Positions 19,049 through 27,603 of a DNA stretch of 32,000 nucleotides are shown here, piece after piece. Numbering within the stretch: the first letter of the stretch is position 1; each line of letters starts with the position of its first letter. The notes beneath the pieces are model-generated. The model was given only the letters and a program-made list of their open reading frames with translations, ran no database searches and had not been told where the DNA came from. The stretch lies in NCBI GenBank assembly GCA_964510585.1, contig CAZECW010000020.1, positions 1 through 32,000 of the forward strand, in the 5' to 3' direction. The position numbers were made by a program, and so were the translations under genes. Source of the DNA: an uncultured archaeon (GTDB lineage Archaea; Asgardarchaeota; Jordiarchaeia; Jordiarchaeales; Jordiarchaeaceae).

Positions 19049-19544
19049 GGCTTTAGTCGCTCCGTGCTATTAAGTTATGTAGGGCTAGAAATGAAGCTTC
19101 CTTCATGTTGCCCGCAACCATTTTAAAGTAATGAGGACAAATACTAGAAAACCAAAATACCTTTTTAACTTTATCATAAACTTAACAGCATAGCTTTTTG
19201 TTCACCTTTCCATTTCTTTAAACTTTTGTTTTCGTAATGGTCGCACATTCAATTTTTAGTTGCAATTATACCACTTATGAAGCTGCACAAAAAACACATG
19301 TACCACCTACCTTCCTTAAAAAATTAAGGTAAAGCTCTTTTCTCATAGAAAGTTCACATAAAGAACGCTTGCTTATTACAGTGAGTATACAAATGAGTGG
19401 GTAGAGCCAAGAAATTATGCAAAGTACGGTAACTCTCTTCAGGAAAGGAAACTTTATCTTTAGGGGTGTGAATAAGATAGATTAAACATACTTTTAGTTG
19501 TCTATAGAATTAGATATAAGTAAAATTTTGAGAGAAGGATTCCG

Positions 19545-20534
19545 GTGGCAGAAATGAAAACAATAATTTATGCAGGTGCAGAACTACCCCCCATATTAAG
19601 AGTAATGTCTAAAGCGTATTCCCTGAGTGATGTTACCATAATAGCAAATAACATACATGACTACTACCTTTCTGGTTTAAAAATTATGCATGAAACGGAC
19701 AGTGCAATACTGTTTTTATCAAAACTTAAAGAGGGAATGGACTCCTACACACTTCAAAGTATACTGGAAAAGTTTGGAGCTAAAACTAGCATACCCACAT
19801 CAGACGCTAAAATTGGGATCACTTTTTACAGGGAAGGAAAATTAAAAAATAACCAGGACCTTGTAAGCATTCATCGGGATTTATGCAAGGCTCTACAGCT
19901 TAAAACAAACGTAATACCCTTCACAGACAGAGAAGTCAAGGCGGCGGTCAAAACAGGGGAAGGCGAAATAAGCTTATTAGAATACTTTACTGCAAAAAAG
20001 GAATTCAACGTTAAAAAACTGGAATTAGAAGGAATAGAAAAAATAAAGCCTTTTGACCAGGTGGTAAAAATCATAAAAGATAGTGAATCAATACTCATCA
20101 TACCCAACGATCCAGTAAGCATCATGCCAATTATAAAAAACAAAAATATCCAGGAAGCCATCGAAAACTGTCAGGGACACGTTACAGTAATTTGTCCTTC
20201 CCTCACCAAAAAGTCAACCCTTCTTCTAGAGACGCTGGGCATCGAACCAACACCCCTAGGGGTAGCCAAAACCTTTGAAGAACACATAGACACCTTCCTA
20301 ATAGACCGCAACTATCAGGGCCTCAAGCCACAAATAGAACTCCTAAAAATGGAAGTCGTCGCCACAGACCTATACGAAACAGAAGCCGAATATGGAAATG
20401 CAATACCAAAACCACTACAAGAACACTTCCAGCTGGAAACCAAAGCCCCACCAGTAATTACCGGATTAAAAAAGGGAGTCCAAAAAATAGGAAAAATATT
20501 AGGAGCCCCTGAAAAAACCAAAGAACAAGAATAA
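19545..20534 (+). CDS. Divergent CofD/UPF0052-fold protein (2-phospho-L-lactate transferase-like), probably not a functional CofD
   Basis: Collinear with CofD (VTIIAN, SGLKI, PFTD, EYF, IIIP-DPVSI-PI, LG.EPTPLGVA, FLID) but signature motifs are altered. Confidence 0.7.
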   Translation: MAEMKTIIYAGAELPPILRVMSKAYSLSDVTIIANNIHDYYLSGLKIMHETDSAILFLSKLKEGMDSYTLQSILEKFGAKTSIPTSDAKIGITFYREGKLKNNQDLVSIHRDLCKALQLKTNVIPFTDREVKAAVKTGEGEISLLEYFTAKKEFNVKKLELEGIEKIKPFDQVVKIIKDSESILIIPNDPVSIMPIIKNKNIQEAIENCQGHVTVICPSLTKKSTLLLETLGIEPTPLGVAKTFEEHIDTFLIDRNYQGLKPQIELLKMEVVATDLYETEAEYGNAIPKPLQEHFQLETKAPPVITGLKKGVQKIGKILGAPEKTKEQE

Positions 20535-20655
20535 TATCCAAAAAACTACTCCTTTTTTCCAAGAGTAGAAAGCTTGTAATTCCTCAGTCGAAAAGGTAAT
20601 ATGTGGGTGTAGAAGATTAATTCTTAGAACCTACACATTTTTGGATTAATGGGGA

Positions 20656-21609
20656 TTGAATAATATGGATGGCGCAGACTATGGTACACTAATAATTTTA
20701 ATGGTGGTTGTAATCTTCATATTGTTGGCATTAATTGTGCCCAACATAAGAATATTGAAGGAGTACGAGAGGGCCGTAATATTTAGGTTGGGAAGAGTGG
20801 CTGGAACCAAAGGACCAGGTATAGTGTTTCTTCTGCCCCTCATAGACCGAGCTGTTAAGGTGGACCTAAGGGAAAACTACTTCGAAATTCGGAGACAAAT
20901 GTGCATAACAGGGGATAACAGCCCTTTGGACATTGATGTGTTAGTCTACTACAGAGTGATTAATCCTGAGGATAGCGTGGTTAAGATTAAAGACTTTCGG
21001 GGCGCAGCCATTGGTATTGCACAAACCACCCTGAGATCGGTAATTGGGGACATTATGCTTGACGATGTGCTCGCCAAAAGAGAATACATCAACACTGTTC
21101 TCAGAGATAAGCTGGACGAGATGACTGAAAGGTGGGGTGTTAAGGTCACCAGTGTTGAGATCCGAGAGATTCTCCCTCCCAGCCGGGTTCAAAACGCTAT
21201 GGTTCGCCAGATGGAGGCAGAACGGATCAGGCGAGCTATGGTCATTGAGGCTGACGGTACCAAAGAAGCAGCGATTAAGGTGGCTGAAGGTGACGCGCGC
21301 TCCGAGATTCTGAAGGCTGAGGGAGACCGTGAGGCGGCTATCTTAGAGGCGGAGGGTGTGAAGCAGAGCATTATTTTGGAGGCGGAGGGTGAAGCATTAG
21401 CTCTTGGTAAGGTTTTTGGAGTTGTAAAGGACATTGATAGTAAGACTATGACTTTACAGTATCTAAAGGCTCTGGATGCGCTGGGGAATAATGAACAAAC
21501 GCGTATGATATTTCCATTAGATTTCTCTTCTCTTACGGGAATGGTCTCGGAACATGTGGATAAAGCATCTGAAGAAGAGGCTCATAGTTCTAAGAAAAAA
21601 GTCAAATAG
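20656..21609 (+). CDS. SPFH/Band 7 (stomatin/QmcA-like) membrane protein
   Basis: N-terminal TM helix, EYERAVIFRLGR, GPGIVFLLP, TTLRSVIG, WGVKV, repeated AEG..AAI.EAEG. Confidence 0.95.
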   Translation: MNNMDGADYGTLIILMVVVIFILLALIVPNIRILKEYERAVIFRLGRVAGTKGPGIVFLLPLIDRAVKVDLRENYFEIRRQMCITGDNSPLDIDVLVYYRVINPEDSVVKIKDFRGAAIGIAQTTLRSVIGDIMLDDVLAKREYINTVLRDKLDEMTERWGVKVTSVEIREILPPSRVQNAMVRQMEAERIRRAMVIEADGTKEAAIKVAEGDARSEILKAEGDREAAILEAEGVKQSIILEAEGEALALGKVFGVVKDIDSKTMTLQYLKALDALGNNEQTRMIFPLDFSSLTGMVSEHVDKASEEEAHSSKKKVK

Positions 21610-21656
21610 AGAGGGATTGGGTTAGGAGCTAAAAAATTGTAATGGTAATTTGTGTT

Positions 21657-21974
21657 TCAAATTTTCTTAACCTTTTCTTTGATTTTGTCGAAGTCGCCGA
21701 CTTCCAGCACAATTGGGAGCTGGGCATACCCTGGTAAGCCATGTGTGATTTCTTCGAGCAAGTATATCAGCGCTTCTTTAGGTGTCAAATTCCTCTCCTC
21801 TAGATTTGCCTCGGGTAATGTTAACGACGCTTCCACCCATTTTTCCTTAGTTGCGGAATCTGTTGGGAACAGGCAGTAAATATAATCCTCGGTATTGATG
21901 ATTATGGAGGGGGTTTTGGTCCAAGCCTCGTCGAGGTATTTAAGCATTTTTTCAACATTTTTTTCCTTAGACAT
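21657..21974 (-). CDS. Hypothetical protein (105 aa)
   Basis: ORF with GGTGA RBS 4 nt before the ATG at 21974; no recognisable family. Confidence 0.75.
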   Translation of the reverse strand: MSKEKNVEKMLKYLDEAWTKTPSIIINTEDYIYCLFPTDSATKEKWVEASLTLPEANLEERNLTPKEALIYLLEEITHGLPGYAQLPIVLEVGDFDKIKEKVKKI

Positions 21975-22196
21975 TGATTCACCAACCACTATTTGGGAGC
22001 GAGTTCTATAGATTTAACTATCTTAATTAGACAGAATTCACTAATAAAAATATGTCCTATCTTAATTATGGATTAGCCGTCTTGTCTATTATTTAAAAGA
22101 CAATCCCTTAAAAACATATTAGTTGTGAGCTTAGGGTATAGTTTAAATATTTTTCAACGTACTATTTTAATCCAAAATACTCTTGGTGGAGAATAC

Positions 22197-23432
22197 ATGA
22201 AGACTATACAAGTAGTTGTACCAACTGTAGAATCAGGGCGAATAACAAAGATTTTAGGTGATTCCGGAAGAGATTTCTCGACGGTTTCAGGGAAGGAGAA
22301 TACCCTAATTCTAATCACCTCAGAGGACGACGATGTAGATGCGGTTCTATACGAGTTAAAACGTTTGGGTGTGGGCAGGGAGTTCGGAAAAATTCAGTTA
22401 ACTCCCTTAACTGCCTCTCTGCCTTCGATAATTACAAAGAAACCCTTAATTTCCTTCAAACGTTCATCCAGCGATGAAATTATCCAGATGGTGGAAAAGT
22501 CTGCTAAAATCAACATTAATTACATTGTGTTAACAATCCTTGCGGGCGTTTTGGCATCTTTAGGACTACTAGGGAACAATGCCGCAGTAATAATTGGCAG
22601 TATGGTGGTATCCCCCCTTATGGGACCAATTACTGGTACCGCTATGGGAACGGTTCTCAGTAAAAGAGAAATGTTTATGGATAGTATTAAGGCAGAAGCT
22701 GTAGGTATTCTTCTCGCTATAGCTCTTGGTTTCTTCTTGACTTACTTATTCCCGAGTGCTGCGCCAACTTCTGAGATTTTAGCCAGATCCCGACCAAACA
22801 TAGCGGATATGGCGCTGGCTATAGCTTCAGGTTTTGCGGCCGGTGTGGCTCTCAGCGGTGGTCTAGAATCTACACTGGTGGGAGTGGCGGTGGCTGCTTC
22901 GCTTCTTCCCCCCGCAGCAAACATTGGGGTCGGCATAGCTTTGGCTCAGTACGGTATTGCCGCAGGTTCGCTTGAACTATTATTAATCAACATTTTCAGC
23001 ATAAATCTTTGCTGCACTGCACTGTTCTGGATTCAGGGAATAAGGCCTGCGGTTTCTGTAAGGAAAGAAAGAGTGGCTGCAAGGGTTTTACGTAGAAGGC
23101 TGGTTATCGTTTTAATCGCTCTATTAGTTTTGGCGATGCCAATAGGCGTCACAACCCAGAGCGTGTACAAGCAAGCAAAGTACACGAATGTTGTCAACAC
23201 AGCTATTTACTCTCTAGCTCTACCGCCAAATAATGCTCTCCCCGGAAATGTTTGGACCCTATATGATCCTACAACAAACACACTCTGGGTTACTGCCCTA
23301 ATATTTACGCCGTCAGGCGTTGTCCCACCGGATCTTGCTCAAACTCTCTCTCTAATCATATCCTTAGGTACAGGAATTCCGACAGTAACAGTTTTGGCAA
23401 GTGCACAAGCCACGATACTGAGTCCCATATGA
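22197..23432 (+). CDS. TIGR00341 / DUF389 family membrane protein
   Basis: AVIIGSMVVSPLMGPI, EILARSRP, LVGVAVAASLLPPA; GGTGGAG RBS before ATG 22197 (ORF track start at 22125 is probably too long). Confidence 0.9.
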   Translation: MKTIQVVVPTVESGRITKILGDSGRDFSTVSGKENTLILITSEDDDVDAVLYELKRLGVGREFGKIQLTPLTASLPSIITKKPLISFKRSSSDEIIQMVEKSAKININYIVLTILAGVLASLGLLGNNAAVIIGSMVVSPLMGPITGTAMGTVLSKREMFMDSIKAEAVGILLAIALGFFLTYLFPSAAPTSEILARSRPNIADMALAIASGFAAGVALSGGLESTLVGVAVAASLLPPAANIGVGIALAQYGIAAGSLELLLINIFSINLCCTALFWIQGIRPAVSVRKERVAARVLRRRLVIVLIALLVLAMPIGVTTQSVYKQAKYTNVVNTAIYSLALPPNNALPGNVWTLYDPTTNTLWVTALIFTPSGVVPPDLAQTLSLIISLGTGIPTVTVLASAQATILSPI

Positions 23433-23591
23433 TGATCTTCAATAAAAACTTGAAATGTTTCCCCATTCCCCTTTTTCCTTAAAAAGTACTTTTATATGTG
23501 GCTGGCTCCTAATTACTCTATAGAACTTCTTTCTTTGTTGGATACTTACAGATTGTAAACATGAAAAGACTCAATGTATTGATGGATTCGA

Positions 23592-24374
23592 ATGAAGAGG
23601 CATAGAGAAATGAGTGAGAAGGTTTGTCCAAGTTGCGGGAAGACCGCTAAGGCGGGTATGAAATACTGCATGTACTGCGGAGAAAAGCTAGAGGAAAAGG
23701 ATGAGTGGTTCAGCGAAGAAAAATCAGAAGAAACGCAGTTGGAATCTTTTCATGAAGCCGTCGAAGAGATTTCTGGCAAAGAGGAGATTCCGGAGGATAT
23801 TAAGTATCAGTTAGAGTTGAGAACAAAACTGGAAGAACTAATTGGGGAAAGATCTGAGCTTACCAGGGAGATTGATAGGATGATGGAGGGATTGTCAGGC
23901 GATATATCTATTGAAGAGTACAGAAACAAAATAAAGAATTTAAAAAACCGGGTGGCTGAACTCAAGAAGGAAGAGAAAGACATAGAGAAGCTAATAAAAC
24001 CTTTACCCTTAGAGAAAATATCTAAAGAAAAAGAGGAACTGAAGGCGCGATTAGATAAACTTAAGGAAGTTTACAGATCTAAAGAAATCAGCAATGAAAC
24101 ATTCGAAAAGCTACGCAAAGAATACGAAAAAGAACTAGAAGATGTAAAGAAAAGACACAGAAACGAAAAAGACAGGGTGGAGAGCTGGATTGCACAACTA
24201 GAAAAAGAGAGAAAAAACATCCAAGAAACTTTAGAGCTACTATATGCAAGACACAAAACAGGAGAATTGGCTGAAGGGGAATACCAGAAAAAGAAGGAGG
24301 AACTGGAAAAAACCCTTAACAGAACTCAAATAAGCCTAGAAAATTTAAGAATAGAGGTACGCCAGTGGGGCTAA
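23592..24374 (+). CDS. Zinc-ribbon plus CdvA-like coiled-coil protein
   Basis: CPSCG-x9-YCMYCG; three helix-(G/K)-(D/E)-(I/L)-helix hairpin repeats; possible alternative start at 23610. Confidence 0.8.
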   Translation: MKRHREMSEKVCPSCGKTAKAGMKYCMYCGEKLEEKDEWFSEEKSEETQLESFHEAVEEISGKEEIPEDIKYQLELRTKLEELIGERSELTREIDRMMEGLSGDISIEEYRNKIKNLKNRVAELKKEEKDIEKLIKPLPLEKISKEKEELKARLDKLKEVYRSKEISNETFEKLRKEYEKELEDVKKRHRNEKDRVESWIAQLEKERKNIQETLELLYARHKTGELAEGEYQKKKEELEKTLNRTQISLENLRIEVRQWG

Positions 24375-24625
24375 AAAACAGATAGTAACCTTCTCCTGCT
24401 AAAAAACACGTTTGCCTTTTCGTCTGAGGCACAAAACTCATGCTAGTCTACCTTGCAAATATCAAAAGTAAGAAATAATATATTAAAAGCTCATAGAAAT
24501 CGGTCTACATCTTTATGTCTTCTCTCAGAATTATATTGAACAAAAAACAAATATTTAGTAGTTTCTATGGATTGTGTAATTGCCTAGTATTTGTTTTCCT
24601 TATTGGAAAGGTGATTTTTCACAAT

Positions 24626-24658
24626 AATAAATTTAAATTTATTCTGAAACTTTATATT
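24626..24658 (+). promoter_or_regulatory. Perfect 18-bp palindrome abutting a BRE-TATA
   Basis: AATAAATTTAAATTTATT (24626-24643), then GAAAC + TTTATATT (24646-24658). Confidence 0.5.
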
Positions 24659-24778
24659 CTTCCCTCTAACTGACATAGAAAAACGTAAAACTATGCAATC
24701 TGATACTCATATCGGAAAGTTTATTTATTCGTGTTTATTTTCTGTACTATAGAATATTAATTTAGGAGCTGTAGTGTT

Positions 24779-25117
24779 TTGGTTGGGAAACCATGCCAAC
24801 CCTCTTGCCAGTTCTTTCAGTGTACACAGCGCGCACTACAACCGAGAAGAACTAAACGGGGAACAGAACTTTTTTGCTCTTGGGGCGAAGATCTCTGCAT
24901 AGGGCCGCAATGCATACATGCGGACTGTGTTAGAAAAAAATTAAAATCAGACCTTACATGTGGTCTTGAGCCGCCCAAGCCTCAACAATTTAAAAAAGTT
25001 GAACAAGAATTCGAAGTAGAACCCGTAAAAATATCTGAGAAGTGGTCTCTTGATCATGTTCCCATAAGAGCGAAAACACTGAAGAGGATTAAGGCCCTTA
25101 AATATGACATAGACTGA
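24779..25117 (+). CDS. Small 8-Cys metal-binding protein, function unknown
   Basis: C-x3-C-x4-C-x17-C-x6-C-x4-C-x4-C-x10-C; GGAG RBS; TTG start. Confidence 0.75.
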   Translation: MVGKPCQPSCQFFQCTQRALQPRRTKRGTELFCSWGEDLCIGPQCIHADCVRKKLKSDLTCGLEPPKPQQFKKVEQEFEVEPVKISEKWSLDHVPIRAKTLKRIKALKYDID

Positions 25118-25391
25118 GTGTAATTAGGAATTTTCACCTGCGACGTAGTTCCTCTACCTGTTTTTAATTTTTTATTTATCTTCAAATATTTTCTTATTTT
25201 TCTATTTGAATTTTAAAATATACCTTTTTTGAGGCTTCGGTTACCTTGTTCTTGCGTTCCGTTTTTTCTTTTAAACTCAAATTTATAACTCTGTTATAAT
25301 TTGTTGACCCGTTTGACAATATGAGGGTTATAATTATGATGAGTGGCCAATTGGAAGCATTTTAATTTTCCAGGAGGTCTTCCTGTTACCT

Positions 25392-26330
25392 TTAAGTTTT
25401 ATAGTTTAGGAAGGTGTCTAGGCGGGACTTCGAGATTTTGTATTCTGGTTCTTGGCTACTCATCAGATAACTCCTTATTTTTAGTGTTTCATTAATTCTC
25501 TCGTCTATACTATCTTTTTCGCTTTTTGATTCGCAGATCATTATGGTTTTTTGTAAAAAATTTTGTTTCTTCAAAAAGGACAGGATGAATCTCCATGGAA
25601 GTTGATTTGATTTGTTGTCAAGAGTGGTGTGGGCTTTTTCCCCTCTTCTTGTGGTTATGATTCCAGAAATGTGTATGGGCACCTTATATTTTTTCAGATC
25701 TATACTGCTTTCTATCAATTCTAGTCTACGTAGTAAACCTGCCTCATTTGTTACCATTCCTCCTCTGGCGAAGTCGTGGGCTAAGTCCCAACAAATCAAG
25801 CAGTTAGTTTCGGCTGCTATTCTGATTAGGGTGTCGAAGTCTGCGAAGGATTTAACCTTTCCAGCGACTTCTGGCGCCAGCATGACTTTGTGTCCCCTAT
25901 CCTCTCTGATCTTCATAATTTCGGTTAAGAGGCTCTTGACTCTTGTTTCGCTGGTTCTGGTTTTCATTGAGCCACAGTGGAATGTAATGTGGGTAGCGCC
26001 CAGTATATCGCCCAGTTTTAAATTAATGCTGAAGTGTGCTTTTGTGTTCTTTACACGTTTGGCGCTACTGGTGGTTAAACTTATGACGTAGGGTGCATGT
26101 ACACTTACAAGCAGGCCGCGAAGATTTTCTGACAACATTTGTGCCTGTTCCACGGTAGGATAAAGAGGAGCGGAGCTGCCTTTGGGGGCGTAGAGCACAT
26201 TGCCTAGGAAAAGAATTTCTAAAGCGTTAAGTTCATTCTCATGTAGTCTGCTTACTATGTGGGAAACTTTTTCGTATGTTGTGTATACTGAAAGGTGGAA
26301 TGCGGGAAAACCCAAAAACAAATCTCTCAC
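25392..26330 (-). CDS. nfo: Endonuclease IV (AP endonuclease family 2, TIM barrel)
   Basis: HAPY, FHCG, APE, DLAH, HISGI...GEKAH, ICES metal ligands. Confidence 0.85.
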   Translation of the reverse strand: MRDLFLGFPAFHLSVYTTYEKVSHIVSRLHENELNALEILFLGNVLYAPKGSSAPLYPTVEQAQMLSENLRGLLVSVHAPYVISLTTSSAKRVKNTKAHFSINLKLGDILGATHITFHCGSMKTRTSETRVKSLLTEIMKIREDRGHKVMLAPEVAGKVKSFADFDTLIRIAAETNCLICWDLAHDFARGGMVTNEAGLLRRLELIESSIDLKKYKVPIHISGIITTRRGEKAHTTLDNKSNQLPWRFILSFLKKQNFLQKTIMICESKSEKDSIDERINETLKIRSYLMSSQEPEYKISKSRLDTFLNYKT

Positions 26331-26567
26331 CAGATGAGTGTGGAATAACTAGTGATGCAGTGTTATTATTGTTTTTCATTGTTTAGGGGCTGATTATATA
26401 TTCTCTTTCTTTATTAATTATGTGGTTGTTTCTTTTTTAGATAAATTTATATGTATGTTTGGACATTTTACCCATGGATTAAATGTATCTATCTTCACTT
26501 AAGTGTAATTAACTACACTAAACTACCAGGAGATGAGGGAGAGCAAGCACAACAAAGAGGGAAAAAA

Positions 26568-27569
26568 GTGAAAATAAGAATAAAAACCCCAAGCAGACTA
26601 CACTTCACCCTAATCGATCTCAACGGCGCACATGGCAGAATTGATGGGGGAATAGGAGTAGCACTGAATTATCCAAACGTGCTCATAGAAGCGGAAAAAG
26701 CAGACAAAATCATAGTGGAAGGAGAAAAAAAAGAGCTAACAGAATCCATCGCTAAAAATGTCATTGACAAAATCGCGCCCGGCAGCGGTATAAAAATAAA
26801 GGTTAAATCCACGATACCCGAACACATAGGTTTAGGATCAAAAACTCAACTCTCCCTAGCCGTCGCAACTGCCATTAGCAGAATCAATGGAGCATCCTTC
26901 TCGGTAAGAGAATTAGCAAGAATCGTTGGGCGAGCTGGAACATCAGGCATAGGCGTCGCCGCCTTTGAACATGGAGGATTTATAATGGATGGGGGGCACA
27001 CATTTGGACCGGGAAAACAGAAAGAAAAGTTTTTACCTTCATCAGCTTCAAACGCTCCACCTGCACCCATAATAATTAGACGGGATGTTCCAGAGGATTG
27101 GTTATTTGTAATAGGAGTGCCCAACGTGGACAGGGGGGCACATGGATCCCGAGAAGTGGGAATTTTTCAAAAACATTGTCCCCTTCCCTTGAGTGAAGTT
27201 GAAAAACTTAGCCACCTCATCTTAATGAAAACTCTACCAGCACTGGTAGAAGGAGATATCCAAAGTTTTGGGGAAAGCCTTTTTGAAATACAGAGTCTTG
27301 GTTTTAAAAAAGTAGAAGTTGAGTTACAGGATCCAGTGGTAAAGAAGTTAATAAATCATATGATGATGAAAGGAGCTTATGGTTCGGGAGTGAGTTCCTT
27401 CGGCCCCGCAGTTTATGGATTGGTGGAAGGAATGGAAGCCGCCGAAAAATTAGCTTTGGAAACAGAGCTTTTCCTCAAAAAGCATACTGGAGGAAGCGTA
27501 TTCATTTCAAGCGTTAACAACAGTGGCGTTGAAGTAGAAGAAACCGATTTAATAATACTCAGCAGTTAA
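26568..27569 (+). CDS. mptG: Beta-ribofuranosylaminobenzene 5'-phosphate (RFA-P) synthase
   Basis: TPSRLHFTLIDLNG, GRIDGGIG, HIGLGSKTQ, GGFIMDGGH, SSFGP; GTG at 26568 after GAGGG (ORF track start at 26451 looks spurious). Confidence 0.92.
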   Translation: MKIRIKTPSRLHFTLIDLNGAHGRIDGGIGVALNYPNVLIEAEKADKIIVEGEKKELTESIAKNVIDKIAPGSGIKIKVKSTIPEHIGLGSKTQLSLAVATAISRINGASFSVRELARIVGRAGTSGIGVAAFEHGGFIMDGGHTFGPGKQKEKFLPSSASNAPPAPIIIRRDVPEDWLFVIGVPNVDRGAHGSREVGIFQKHCPLPLSEVEKLSHLILMKTLPALVEGDIQSFGESLFEIQSLGFKKVEVELQDPVVKKLINHMMMKGAYGSGVSSFGPAVYGLVEGMEAAEKLALETELFLKKHTGGSVFISSVNNSGVEVEETDLIILSS

Positions 27570-27603
27570 TTTTTTAACTCCCCACTTTGTAAGGGGGCTA
27601 CCT

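Noticed and set aside
18369-19073. 234-aa plus-strand ORF
   Set aside because: Antisense to the conserved AAA+ domain of chlD; Ser-rich shadow composition
19049-19544. Cobalamin riboswitch or small gene upstream of chlD
   Set aside because: No B12-box recognised; only short ORFs (under 25 aa) and 6-bp inverted repeats (19091-19106, 19314-19329) expected by chance in AT-rich DNA
25326-25390. ATGATGA C-box-like motif (C/D sRNA)
   Set aside because: No CTGA D or D' box at suitable spacing; the same applies to the ATGATGA near 23430
25612-26091. 159-aa plus-strand ORF
   Set aside because: Antisense shadow of nfo
26451-26567. 39-aa N-terminal extension of RFA-P synthase in the ORF track
   Set aside because: Family similarity starts at KIRIKTPSRLH and an RBS precedes the GTG at 26568
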